From positions 8,739,490-8,803,489 of the forward strand of contig MU058844.1 in assembly GCA_013265495.1 (NCBI GenBank): a stretch of DNA of 64,000 bases, written 5' to 3'. Below are positions 25,016-37,201 of the stretch, in pieces (within the stretch, counting starts at the first letter, position 1; every line of letters starts with the position of its first letter). Below the pieces are notes generated by a model. That model worked only from the letters and a program-made list of their open reading frames with translations, had not been told where the DNA came from and did not search any database. The translations under genes and the position numbers were made by a program. The stretch comes from Vicugna vicugna. Taxonomy: Eukaryota.

Positions 25016-27596
25016 CAGGCATAACTTGGAGATGGTGCAGGTTTGGTTCCAGGCCACCACAGTAAAGTCAATAGTGCAATAAAGTGAGGCACAAAGACTT
25101 TTTTGTTTCTCAGTGCATATAAAAGTCATGTTCACACTATATTGTAGTGTGCAACAATATTGTGTCTAAAAAATGTATGTGCCTTACTTAAAAATACTCT
25201 ATTGCTAAAAAATGCTAATTTTCATCTGAGCTTTCAGTGAATTATGATCTTTTTGTTGGTGGAGGGTCTTGCCTCTATGTTGATAGCTGATGACTGATCA
25301 GGGTGGTGGTTGGTGAAGGCTAAGGTGGCTGTGGCAATTTCTTAAAATAAGACAACAGTGACATTTGCCACATTGACTGGATCTTCTTTTCATGAGCAAT
25401 TATCTGTAGCATGCAATGCTGTTTAACAGCATTTCACCCACAGTAGAACTTCTTTCAAAATTGGAGTCAATCCTTTCAAATCCTTCCTCTGCTTTATTAA
25501 CTAAGTGTATGTAATATTCTAAATCTTTTGTTGCCATTTCAACAATCTTCAGAGCATCTTCATCAAGAGAAGTTTCCATCTCAAGAAATCATGTTCTTTG
25601 ATCATCCACTAGAAGAAACTCCTCATCTCAAGTTTTATCATGAATTATTGCAGTAATTCACTCACATCTTCACTCCAATTCTAATTCCAGCTCTCTTGCT
25701 ATTTCAGCCAGATCTGCAGTTACTTCCTCCACCGAAGTCTTGAACGCTTCAAAGTTATCTATGAGGGTTGGAATAAACTTCTTCCAAATTATTGTTAATG
25801 TTGATATTTTGTCCTTTTGCCATGAATCACAAATATTCTCATCACATCTAGGGTGGTGAATCCTTCCCAGAAAGTTTTCAATTTACTTTTCCCAAATCCA
25901 TCAGAGGAATCAGTATCTGTGGCAGCTATACCTTTAAGAAGTGTATTTCTTAAATAGGAAGACTTGAAAGTCAAAATTACTCCTTGATCCATGGGCTGCA
26001 GAGTGGATATTGTGTTAATAGCGTGAAAACAACATTAATCTCAGTGCACGTCAGAGCTTTTGGGTAACCAAGTACATTGCCAGGGAGGTAATATTTTAAA
26101 AGAAATCTTTTTCTGAGCAATTGGTCTCAAGAGTGGGCTGAAAATATTTAGTAAACCATGTTGTAAGTCGATATGTTGTCATCCAGGATTTGTTGTTCCA
26201 TATAGAGAGCACAGGAAGAGTAGATTTAGCATATTTTTAAGGGCCCTATTTGGGAACGGTAAATGAGATTTGACCTTAACTTAAAGTCACCAGCTGTATT
26301 AGCCCCTTAACAAGAGAGTCAGTTAGTTTGTCCTTTGAAGCTCTGAAGCCAGGCATTGACTTCTCCTCTGTAGCTGTGAAAGTCCTAAATGGCATCTTAT
26401 TTCCATATAAGATTGTTTCATCTACATTGAAAATCTTTTGTTTACTGTAGTCACCTTCATTCATGATCTTAGCTCGATCTTCTGGACAACTTGCTGCAGC
26501 TTCTGCATCAGCATTTGCTGCTTCACCTTGCACTTTTATATTATAGAGATCTTTTTTTCTCCCTTAAACCTCATGAATCCACTTCTGCTAGCTTCAAACT
26601 TTTCTCACTTTCCATATAAGATTGTTTCATCTACATTGAAAATCTTTTGTTTAGTGTAGTCACCTTCATTCATGATCTTAGCTCGATCTGGACAACTTGC
26701 TGCAGCTTCTGCATCAGCATTTGCTGCTTCATCTTGCACTTTTATATTATAGAGATCTTTTTTTCCCCCTTAAACCTCATGAATCCACTTCTGCTAGCTT
26801 CAAACTTTTCTCCTGCAGCTTCCTCACCTCTCTCAGCTTTCATACAATTGAAGAGTTTTAGGGTCTTGCTCTGGATTACGCTTTGGCTTACGGGAATGTT
26901 GTGACTGGTTTGATCTTCTATCCAGACCACTAAAAGAGCAATAATGTTGTTTTGCTCTCTTATCATTTGTGTGTTCACTGGAGTAGCATTTTTAATTTCC
27001 TTCAAGAACTTTTCCTTTACATTCACAACTTAGCTAACTGTTCAGTGCAAGAGGCCTATCTTATGGCCTGTTTCAGCTTTCAGTATGTCTTCCTCACCAG
27101 CTTACTCATTTCTAGCTTTGACTTAAAGTGAGAGATGTGTGATTCTTCCTTTCACTTAAACAATTAGAAGCCATTGTAGGGTTATTAACTGGCCTAATTT
27201 CAAAATTATTGTGTCTCAGGGAATAGGGAGTCCCAAGGAGAGGGAGAGAGAGATGAAGGAATGGGTAGACTAGTCAGTCAATAGATGAATCAGAACACAC
27301 ATGCAAATATTTACCAATTAAGCTGGCCATCTTATATGGGCATGGTTTGTGATGTCCCAAAATAATTACAATAGTAGCATCAAAGATCTCCAATCACAAA
27401 TTACCATAACAAAAATAATATTAATAAAAAAACTGAAATAATATAAGAATTACCAAAATATGACACAAAGACACAAGTGAGCAAATGCTGTTGGGAAAAT
27501 GGTGCCAGTAGATTTGCTCAGTGCAGGGTTGCCATAAATCTTCAATTTGTAAAAAAATACAGTATCTCCAAAGTGCAATAAAATACGGTATGCCTA
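25016..27596 (-). mobile_element. Near full-length Tigger1 (pogo/TcMar DNA transposon), transposase decayed
   Basis: TIRs caggcata.../ggtatgcct; minus-strand fragments [32 protein letters not shown]...IFNVDET, MDQGVILTFKSSYLR match Tigger1 transposase. Confidence 0.95.
26400..26811. repeat. ~207-bp near-identical tandem duplication inside Tigger1
   Basis: ttccatataagattgtttcatctacattg starts at 26401 and 26610; copies differ by a few substitutions and small indels. Confidence 0.95.
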
Positions 27597-27914
27597 TATC
27601 TAGTTCCTGCCTAGAGAGTGATGCTTGTTAGTCCCTCTGCTTGAAATGTTTTCTCCCTCTTCTTTAAGGTCTTTGCTCAAATATCACCTCCCTGACAACT
27701 CTATTTAAAATTTAAAACTTTTATCCCAACTTATTGTACCCTCTATTCTTTCAGTGCCTTATTTTTTTCCATAGTCATTATCATTTTATATTAAACTATA
27801 TATTTTACTTATTTTATGCAGTGTCCCATTAGAATGTAATCTCCCTGCTGGCAGGCACTTTTCTCTGTGTACTAGTAATACCAAGGAAACTAAAAGCCTA
27901 CCAGGAAGTAGGTA

Positions 27915-28388
27915 TGTAGCGCTACAAAGTCTCCATTTGCTATTCTGGTTCTGCTCCAAGCTCCTTTCCTGCCTGTTCTCTGCTATGGGAGGCTGGCCTC
28001 TATAGATTGCCAGTCTGGACTCCCTTGCTCTCTGGCTTTACATTTGCAGGAGTTTGCCAGTGGGAAACACTTTCAGAGACTCAGAGGAGAAAGGAAATTT
28101 AGGGTGGATATTTATTTCTTTTGCAGCACCCCAGTAGTGGCTGTGTTTGTATATTTAAGGCTGCAGCTCTCCCATAACACCTTTCCAAAGGTTGTAGGAT
28201 CCCCAGGTGTGGTCACTGCTAGCAGTTCTTGTCCTGCAGGGGACAAGTCTTTTGTTTAATTCATAGGCTTTCATCCTCTTCCGTTAGTTCCTTCAACCCT
28301 TCCTATCCCCTTGTAAGTTATCCTTCATCAAAATCTCATGGCTGATTTGAGTGCGTCATCTATTTCCTGCAGGCACTCTGACTGATGA
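27915..28388 (+). mobile_element. LTR33-like ERV-L LTR
   Basis: gggaggctggcctctatagattgcc...ctcccttgctctctggct; ends catctatttcctgcaggcactctgactgat. Confidence 0.7.
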
Positions 28389-28609
28389 AGTAAGTATTCA
28401 ATAATTAGACGAAAACAATAGTGTTAATAAAACTATTTCCAGGAAAATCAAGTGTGGTGTATTTCTAAGTACATTGTAAGTGCTCAAAAGTGGTATTAAT
28501 TATTATTACTAGGCCAAGAATTATTCTCAATATTGGCATTTTAATAGAATTCTGTACAGCATTTTGTATATAGTGTAGCATTTTAGCATTTACTATAGCA
28601 CATAATACA

Positions 28610-30087
28610 GCATTTTAATAAATCCATATGCCCTTTCTCAGGTTAAAATAATTCCTCAATAACTAGAAGGTAATATAGTAATAACTTCATTAAATATCGG
28701 TTTTCATGATTAATATATTGTCATTTTATAAAAATTCAAGTGCATTCTTCAAAACTGATGCAGTAGCAGAAAAATATTTACTTTGTTTTATGTCAACTGG
28801 GTGACTCCTCTGTGTACAATAGTGTAGTTCAAATACAGCTCAATTTATGATGCAGGCAAGAAGATAAATCACAGAACAAGGATTCTAAAAACAGCCAGTG
28901 ATTACCTGTCAGCAATCTGAGTCTTAGACTGCTGTGGCAAAGCAACTGATTTCTACTTAATTGAGACAACAGTCACAAAATCCAAAATGCCAAATATAAA
29001 GCTATGGGGTATTCAACAATTAAAGGTGGATTTTAAATTCCGTGTTCTTCTACTTAATGTCTGTGCATAATATTTTTCTAGGAAGGTACATCTACATGAT
29101 GCTGTTTATGACTTTTTAAAATTCTTTGCTGGTGAATAAATCAACTTTAAAGTCTTCTGTATGGAATTCCTCTTAAGCTCACACATGAGTGAAAAGAAGT
29201 CCCTAAGACAACACATGGGATCCCAGAAGATCTTTAATGAGCTGAGACAGAGGTACTGGGATAAGAAATATGCTGATATCCACAGGAAGTCCTACAAGCT
29301 CTTCGTTGCCAAGAAGATAAAGTTCGAAAGAGGGTTTATTTGGTTAAGATATAAACTTAAAAAGAAAACTACAAATTTTTACTTTTATTGCCACAGTATT
29401 AATTTACTTTATACTGTGATTACTATTTTAAACTACCTAGTTGGTAATTTTAGTTTTAGTAACTTAGTCTAGTCACTTAATTTTATCAACAGTACAAAAT
29501 ATATCATTCCAAATAAATCTGATATTGTTAAAGGCCAAATGTCCTTTGGGATATATCAAATAAATTCATATGGAATCTGTATTTCTGTCATTCATATCCT
29601 CTATGACTCAAAAAGACAAAAAAATTCATATTCCCCTACCTTCCATAAATTCCTTTAATTCAAACTCTTCTGTGTCAACTACCTATGACATTTGTCTCCC
29701 AGATTTATAATTGAACAATTTGTCAGACACCTCATGACTCTTGGTACATAGAACCTGACCAGCTGTTTTCAATTTTTGTCCCTTCCAAGACCTTTGGCTC
29801 AGTGACAATATCTCACCTCAAAAAAAGTCATTGCTATCTTGGGATGAGATGATGAATAAGAAATTTCTTTGGAAATTTCAATAATCTTTATATACAAAAA
29901 ATGTTGAAAATTATATTTTATTCATCTAAACTTCCAGATTGATTTGCATCTTCAATAATAATTTTTCTTAATTTCCACCCTGCTTGGAACTTTATTTTCT
30001 AAATTCTTATATGTTAGAAAAGGTAATACCTTGACACTCAATCCTTCTAATTGTCATTGATTCTCAATTTGGAGTATATAGTGTCCA
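28610..30087 (-). pseudogene. Large block of fossil coding sequence, AAA3 lid to AAA4 lid (one large or several close exons)
   Basis: Protein-like frames with scattered stops: SFELYLLGNEELVGLPVDISIFLIPVPLSQLIKDLLGSHVLS*GLLF...DLFTSKEF*KVINSIM*MYLPRK...EFKIHL; near 28640-28690 EVITILPSSY*GIILT ~ NYVTPTSYLELI. Borders approximate. Confidence 0.6.
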
Positions 30088-30647
30088 CTGATTGCCCTCC
30101 CCCACTCTCAATTTTTGCTTTCACATAAAAACATTCATCAAAGTAACGTGGACATATGTTTAAAAAATACATAATATTGAAAATCATACTCTCTACTGCC
30201 GATATTCAGCAGCAATTACTTCTCGTTCATTCAGTGGTCCCCTGTGATATTTACCTTCCTATTTCTAGGTAACATGTTAATGTTATTTTTTAATTTGTGT
30301 CTTTGTACAATATACTTTGACTTCCTTTTATGACAGATAAAGATTTTGTTTCCTTGTGTCCTTGTTATTCCCATTCTTCCACACAATGTGGAAATCATAA
30401 CTTTTAGTTAAATCAGTAGTCAATATTTAGATTTATTATGGCTATGTAAAGGTTATTCATTATTGAGTATACTGTGATTTATATTTCCTTTCTTGAATAT
30501 CTTTTCATAAATAACTTTTTTCTTTTTCATAAATGTGTTATGTGTTGAATTCTCTGGTGAAAGCCTATAATCACAAAGATGATAAAATATCAAAGGGTAA
30601 TACTGAAGAAGACGCACCAATGGAAAGTGGAAAATGCTAAAAGTCCA

Positions 30648-31132
30648 GCATATTAGTTAGACTTTTGTAGAGAAACAGAACCAATAGGATGTGTGTGTGT
30701 GTATGTATGTAAATATGTATGTGTCTCTCCCTATCTATCTGTCTGTCTGTCTATCTATCTATCTATCATCAATCTATACAGAGAGATTATGGGGAGATGG
30801 CTTAGACAATTACATACCCTGGCAAGTCCAAATATATAGTGTGGACCAGCAGGCTTAAGACCCAGGAGAGCTGATGGTGCAGTTCCAGTCTGAAGGCCAA
30901 CAGATGAAGATCTGGGAAAGCCAATGGTATGGGTGAACTCCAAAAGTCGTCTGTTGGAGAATTTGCTCCTGCTCAGGGAGGCTCTTGTTTTTGTTCTACT
31001 CAGTACTTCAACTGATTAAATAAGGCTTATTCACACTATGGAGGGCAATCTGGTTACTTACAGTTTACTGACTTAAATGTTAATCTCATCCAAAACCCCT
31101 CTCCAAGTTGATATGTAAAACTAACCATCACA
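30648..31132 (-). mobile_element. MLT2 solo LTR with internal (TG)n/(TCTA)n
   Basis: tattagttag...agagaaacagaaccaatagga and end aactaaccatcaca; imperfect TSD tccag/tccat. Confidence 0.85.
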
Positions 31133-31274
31133 TCCATGATTTTATAAAGTACAGGAATTATATTTAAAATTATATCCCACTTAACCAGGTTTTTCCTCAA
31201 GTATGCATATCTTAGGAAAATTTTGAGGACAAATATGGTCTCCTTCCTATATGATTATTTACTTGAAACAGTAA

Positions 31275-31313
31275 TTGACTTTACTGTATCCCCTAGGGAT
31301 ACAGTAAAGTCAA
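31275..31313. repeat. Perfect 18-bp inverted repeat with 3-nt loop
   Basis: ttgactttactgtatccc-cta-gggatacagtaaagtcaa. Confidence 0.95.
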
Positions 31314-31437
31314 ATAGAGAGAGAATATGAGCTCTCAGTGACTAGAATTGAAGCAAAGGGAAAGAAATAACTAATATTTTTATACATATGCTGATATCTC
31401 TGTGTTCTTTTTTAAACTGTCTATCTCATATTTTCCT

Positions 31438-31633
31438 AGACCTGCACTGTACCATGTGGGAGCCACTAGCCACAATGGCTCTTTAAAGTTAAATTAATTC
31501 AAGTTAAATACAATTAAAAATTCAGTTCCTTGATCACACTTGCTATACTTCAAGTGTTCAACAGTAACATGTGGTTACTCTACTGAACAGAACATTCATA
31601 TCACCGTGAAATGGTCTATTGAACAGCACTGCC
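31438..31633. mobile_element. MER3-like hAT-Charlie MITE
   Basis: agccactagccac...aaaaattcagttcct...ttcaagtgttcaacag...tctattgaacagcactg. Confidence 0.75.
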
Positions 31634-31795
31634 CTAGAAAAATACTACAGAATTACTAATCATGAACAAATATATTGCTTCCAAGCTGCAAGATGACTGA
31701 AGCAAGAGTTGGACTTACAAAGGCTCTTGATTCTTATTTCCATTAATAAAAGATGTTTGAAATCCAAAACTAATTAAATTTGAAGGAACTCTTAC

Positions 31796-31891
31796 CTTTA
31801 AAATACTCCATGAGGATTTCTTGGTTTTTATAACTTAGCCTATGACTAAATTGATAACAAAAGGCCAAGACAAGAGGAAGAACATGGCATA
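31796..31891 (-). pseudogene. Fossil exon, AAA3 lid, dead acceptor
   Basis: 96 nt, phase 1-1, open CHVLPLVLAFCYQFSHRLSYKNQEILMEYFK ~ RLxxHExxRVFxDRL..DRxWL; donor AAG|gtaaga; acceptor reads ctctaa. Confidence 0.65.
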
Positions 31892-32390
31892 TTAGAGGAA
31901 AATAAACGTGCTTCATATTTGCGAACACGGCACATGAAGGGAGAGTGCTAGCCTGTCAGAAGCAGGTGAAGGGCTAGGTTCTAAAGGTGCATATAAAACA
32001 TGTTTAGTTTCAGTCCCAGGAACAGTAGAAAAGACATTCAAAATTTTTAAACATGGCGAGAGCATAAGCTGTTTGTTTTCTTCAGAAGCAGCTCTGTTTT
32101 ATGAAGACAGCAAGCTAGAAAGAGGATATGATTTAGAGGCAGTCTTATCTGGATTCATACCATTTTTTTCATCTGTCACAGTCTAAATGGTCTGGTACAG
32201 CTTCCTTAAGTTTTGTCTACCCTACTTTCTTATTTGCAAAATGGAACTAATAATACTTCATGTGTTGTTAGGGTAAACAACTGCAATAGATATGTGAAGT
32301 ACTTATTGAATGCTTGACATTTAATAGGAATTCTGTAATCTGCTAGTTCATAGTCTTTTGCTTATTTGCATATGTTGATGTTTATCTTAC

Positions 32391-32588
32391 AGACGTATTG
32401 ACCACTTAACTTGCCAGCTATTCTGAGACACATCAACATAGCATTAGTCGTGGTCTTCATACATGCAACGGAGAAAACAGTTTTTATCATATCAAAAATG
32501 TTTTCCAATTAGTGTCATGTTTCACTGGGCTATCACAAACCCATAAACTTGCTGCCAATCTTTAAAAGATGTGTGTAGTTTATATTTT
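32391..32588 (-). pseudogene. Fossil exon, AAA3 lid
   Basis: Acceptor ttctcagttttag, donor gtaaga; KYKLHTSFKDWQQVYGFV ~ KSHYTFNLRDFSRVIRG, then frameshift to LENIFDMIKTVFSVACMKTTTNAMLMCLRIAGKLSGQYV. Confidence 0.65.
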
Positions 32589-32756
32589 CTAAAACTGAGA
32601 AAACATATTGTGAATACATTTATGTGAGCCACTCATATGGCTAGAAAGCTTTCTTCCTAGCAGATCATATAACTTTTTCTACTTTTTCAGGCACCTGCTC
32701 AAGTGTCACTCTTCCAAGGGCACCTCCTTGGCCACGCCATTTAAAATGGCAGTGTT

Positions 32757-33220
32757 CCACACTAATTCAAAAAAATACATGTATCCCAATGTTCATAACA
32801 GCGCTATTTACAGTAGCCAAGATACAAAGTCCATCAACATGAGTGGATGTGGAAGGTATTATGTAAGTGAAATAAGACAGAGACAGACAAATACTGTATG
32901 ATATCACATATATAGAATCTAAAAAATATAATAAACTAGTGAATATAACAAAAAAGAAACATACTCACAGATATAGAAACAAACTAGTGGTTACCAGTGG
33001 GGAGAGAGATATGAGAAGGGGCAAAGCAGGAGTAGGGGATTAATAGGTACCAACTACTATGTATAAAATAAATAAGCTACAAGGATATATTGTACAACAC
33101 AGGGACTTTAGCCAATATTTTATGTCTACACTATGTTGTAGACCTGAAATTTATATATTATAAAACAACTATACCTAAATTAAAAATACTTAAATAAAGT
33201 ACACAGAAAAAAAATAATAA
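32757..33220 (+). mobile_element. L1 3' end with A-rich tail
   Basis: aaactagtggttaccagtggggagag...ataagctacaaggatatattgtacaacacaggg. Confidence 0.85.
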
Positions 33221-33243
33221 AGGAACTTTCAAATAGTGAATAC

Positions 33244-33480
33244 ATTAGTAGTGTTGATAAGATTTGGCACTGTAGTCCTCCATTATTTATTCTGGATTAT
33301 TTCAAACTATAAATTGTCACATTTGAAATCTCTCACTGAATGTCCTAACAGATATTTCCAAAGAGGTTATTTGAAGAAAAACAACTTCTAATTATCTTGT
33401 TCGCATATGTGTTTGTACCAAATATTTTCGTATTTGTGTTGGGAACCTAGAAAGGCTTGAATCTAGATATTTCAAATAGC
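33244..33480 (-). pseudogene. Fossil exon, AAA3 arginine-finger region
   Basis: Acceptor tattatgtctag; YLKYLDSSLSRFPTQIRKYLVQTHM and later WRTTVPNLINTTN; stops and frameshift. Confidence 0.5.
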
Positions 33481-33849
33481 CTAGACATAATAGTCAAGAA
33501 AGAATTAACATGATAAAGTACTCATCTCAAAAATAAAGTAAAATTTCTCAAGCTTACAAATCTACTCCCCATTTTCCAGGAAGTCATTGTCAGTCTTTGG
33601 TTCTGTTTTGTCAGGACTTTTTTTATTATCTGTAAACCATTGTTGGTTCATGCAATGATTTGAATATTTCATTTAAACCTATTTTGTAAAAATGAGTGTA
33701 AAGCAGAAAAATAAAATGCTAATACTTATTATTATTTAAGTGAGACAAAGATAGAAATTACAGGCATTCTAAAAGCAGCAAATATTTGGCCTCAATTAAA
33801 TTCTTTTTTTAAAAATAGCAGTCTTCCTAAGTTTTAAATTTTACTTGAA

Positions 33850-34330
33850 GGATCAGATTTAATCTTTGGCAACAAATATCATCAGTTGTTTTCCTGAAGT
33901 GACAGGCTCACTCCGTTCATTTTCAAGTAAACGTCTGCCAATTACCCAAGTCTGAATAACCATAGTTTGTCTGCCAGTTGCTCTTTCAAATAGAAATGTT
34001 GCTTCTTGAAAAAGGCATCTAATTTCAGCTCTCAGCTCAAACAATTTGTACAAATTCTTTTCCTTGAAACTACCATGGGGGTTTAGGTACGCAGCAAAAG
34101 GGCTTTAAGCATAGTTTCCACTTCATCACACCAAATTTTAAAAAGATGGTCGTTTTTATAAAATCAACAATTTCTACTGTTTCATTAAAGACACTCTTAA
34201 GTAAAACTTGACTTTTTTTTGCAAGTACATGACAGTGAAGGATGCAATGATTGGTAGTACAGTTTGGTGGCACAGCCTGATCCATTCTAAGGTACCAATA
34301 ATTTTACCCACTGTTACTTTTGCACTGTAT
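33850..34330 (-). mobile_element. Charlie1-like hAT transposase fragment
   Basis: ORF track NHCILHCHVLAKK...VFNETVEIVDFIK and LFELRAE contain the hAT HCxxH motif. Confidence 0.85.
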
Positions 34331-34449
34331 AAATTGCCCAAAACAATTAATTAGCATACAGAATAATGTTAAAATAAATAAGTGTGTTTATAACTTATTA
34401 AATGAATTATAAAATCCAGGCTTTATATATACTCAGAATATTGAATAAA

Positions 34450-35060
34450 GAAATATGTATGCTACAAGAAATGTTAAAGGAACTTCTCTAGTCATTAAAC
34501 CATAAGAAAACAGAACAAAAGAAAGCGGGGAAAAGGACCTACAAAAGATTGTTTTGGCAGTTCTTTTATGGTTTCATATAAATTTTGGAATTTTTGTTCT
34601 AGCTCTGTGAAGAATGTCATGAGTATTTTGACAATCTAGATCTGTAGATTGCTTTGGGTAGAGTGGCTATTTTGATACTGTTGATTCTTCCAATCCAAGA
34701 GCACAAGATATCTTTTCACTTCTTTGTATCATCTTCAATTTCCTTCATCAATGTTTTACAGCTTTCAGAATACAGGTAACCTCCTTGGTTAAGTTTATTT
34801 CTAAGGTATTTTGTTATTTTTGATGGAAATGTTTATGACAGTTAAAAATTCTGTTTTTTGAAGTGAAAATAAAATGTGAATGAAGGGCTGCAAATGGCAA
34901 AATATCCTTCTTTCTTATGGGTGCATTGTATTCCATTACATATATATGCTGCATCTTCTTTATCCATTCATCTATTGATGTGCATTTAGGATGCTTCCAT
35001 AGCTTGGCAATTATAAATAATGTTGCTGTTAATAGCAGGATATATGTATCTTTTTGAGTT
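34450..35060. mobile_element. Short L1 fragments in mixed orientation
   Basis: Sense ORF1 end (ctacaagaaatgttaaaggaacttct) then antisense ORF2 (tctgtagattgctttgggtag; cttccaatccaagagcac) and antisense 3'UTR. Confidence 0.7.
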
Positions 35061-35149
35061 AATTCTTATTTTGTGATTGGCTTTATTCCTTTGATAACTC
35101 TAAGTTTAAAAAGCTAAAGCTCTAAACATTCTTAGAACAATGAACAATA

Positions 35150-35254
35150 CATATATGTAAATTCTAAAAATATGTGCAGTATATTGTGTATATGTATTTA
35201 AATGCAGTATATTATATATGTGCAGTCAAACTGTAACAATTCTACCTAATAAAA
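35150..35254 (-). pseudogene. Fossil exon, AAA3 after Walker B (3' border uncertain)
   Basis: Strong acceptor ttttttcatttttcag; FY*VELLQFDCTYI ~ QPPIELLRQxxD. Confidence 0.5.
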
Positions 35255-35330
35255 CTGAAAAATGAAAAAAACATGTGGGCATGCTCAAAAATAAATGTTG
35301 ATTGACAATATGAATAACAAAATTACATAC

Positions 35331-35378
35331 ATCAGTATTTATCAAATGCAATTGTAAGTTATTGAGGACCATTAATTT
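35331..35378 (-). pseudogene. Fossil exon, AAA3 Walker B position
   Basis: 48 nt, phase 0-0, ctcattttcacag acceptor, gtatgt donor; KLMVLNNLQLHLINTD ~ KxxIFIDDLNMP. Confidence 0.6.
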
Positions 35379-35866
35379 CTGTGAAAATGAGACACACCTA
35401 ATCTCCAACTTATTTGCTCTCATTGTACATTGAAATATTCTATTATATAACAGTTTCTATCAAATTGTACTTAAATGATGATTTTTGTGTGTATTTCTCT
35501 CTCTCCTTTCGCAAATGTGCTTCAGTACAAGCAATGACCATGTCAACCTTATTTCTTGCTTTATTTTCAGTGCCTAGCACAGCCTGGCATATCTTAGATG
35601 TTTAAGAAACATTTTCTCAATGAATAAAAACATATTTTTAGATTAAAAAAAATCTTCAAAATATCCATACAAATGCCCAGAAATTCAGCTTACCATATTT
35701 TACCCTCAAGAAATAATAAAACATGTTATATATACAAGTGTATACTTTTGGAGGTACTGTTTATAATAGTAAGAAAGTCAGAAATTTCCTAAATGTATAT
35801 GATTTAGGAGCTTGGTTCAAAAATAAGGGTACATGTAGATATTTTGCCTTTTCCAAAAGTAATATA

Positions 35867-36620
35867 CAGTGGACCCTTGAACAAAAAGGGTTTGAACTGC
35901 ATTGGAACACTTATATGCACATTTCTTTCAATAAGTATATTGGCACATATTTTTGGAGGTTTGTGACTATTTGAAAAAAATCACAAATGAACCTTGCAGC
36001 CTGGGAAAAGTTTAAGAAAGATTTAGGTATATCATGAATGCACGAAATATATGTAGATACTAAACTATCTTACATAGCCATTAGGTGAGAGATACTTAAT
36101 ATAAAATTAATAATATATTACTTCTCTTACTGTTTCATAATTTTGCCTTCAAATAATTACATTACGGTACAGTGTGTGTCTCTCTGTATGAAGACATACA
36201 AATGGCCAATAGGCACATGAAAAAAATGCTCAATATTGCTAATTATCAGAGAAATGCAAATCAAAAGTACAATGAGGTATCACCTTATGCTAGTCAGAAT
36301 GGCTATCATTAAAAAAGTCCACAGATGATAAATGCAGGAAAGGGTGTGGAGAAAGGGAACCTTCTTACACTGTTGGTGGGAATATTTGGTGTGGCTGTTA
36401 TGGAAAACAGTATGGAGATTCTTAAACAAACTAAAAACAGACTTACAATATGATCCAGCAATCCCAATCTTAGGCATATATCTGGAGGAAACCCTAATTC
36501 AAAAAGATACATGCACCTCAATATTCACAGGAGCACTATATACAATAGCCAAGACATGGAAGCAACCTAAATGTCCATTGATAGATGACTGGATAAAGAA
36601 ATTGTGGTATGTGTATGTGC

Positions 36621-36655
<35 letters not shown>

Positions 36656-37201
36656 GAATATGTATATACATACACATGCATACATACACTGGAATGGTAC
36701 TCAGCCATAAAAGAACAAAATAATGCCATTTACAGCAATATGGATGGACCTGAAGATTGTCATTCTTAGTGAAGAAAGCCAGAAAGAGAAGAAAAAACCA
36801 TATGATATCACTTATATTGGAATCTAAAAAAATGACATAAATAAATTTATTTACAAAACAGAAACAGACTCAAAGACATAGAAGACAAATTTATGGTTAC
36901 TAAGGAGGGGAAGGAGGTGGGAAGGGATAAATTGGGAGTTTGAGATTTGCAGATACTAACTACTATATATAAAATAGATAAACAACAAGGTCCTAGTGTA
37001 TAGCACAAGGGGACTATATTCAATACCTTGTAAGAGTCTATAATAAAAAAGAATATGAGAAAATATATATGTACAACTGAACCACTATGCTATACACCAG
37101 AAATTAGATTATACTTCAATTTTTTTAAAAAGTTATACATTAAGTTTCAATTGCCTGGGGTACTGGTGCCTCTAAATTCCACACTGTTCAGGGGTTAACT
37201 G
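35867..37201. mobile_element. Tigger2/MER28-like element interrupted by L1
   Basis: TIRs cagtggacccttgaacaa and tgttcaggggttaactg; TA before the left end. Confidence 0.75.
36186..37125 (+). mobile_element. Cetartiodactyl-type L1 3' end with internal (TA)n(CA)n
   Basis: ORF2 C-terminal remnant HCWWE...LWKTVWRFL...YDPAIPILGIY...KTWKQPKCP plus 3'UTR. Confidence 0.95.

Noticed and set aside
29161..29472. 103-aa plus-strand ORF (MEFLLSSHMSEKK...)
   Set aside because: Lies antisense to the fossil AAA4 coding block and runs into AT-rich sequence; no recognisable family, so best explained as a shadow ORF.
36332..36769. Longest ORFs in the track (also 22381-22815, 51288-51521, 59055-59480)
   Set aside because: Sense or antisense remnants of L1 ORF2/3'UTR or L2, not host genes.
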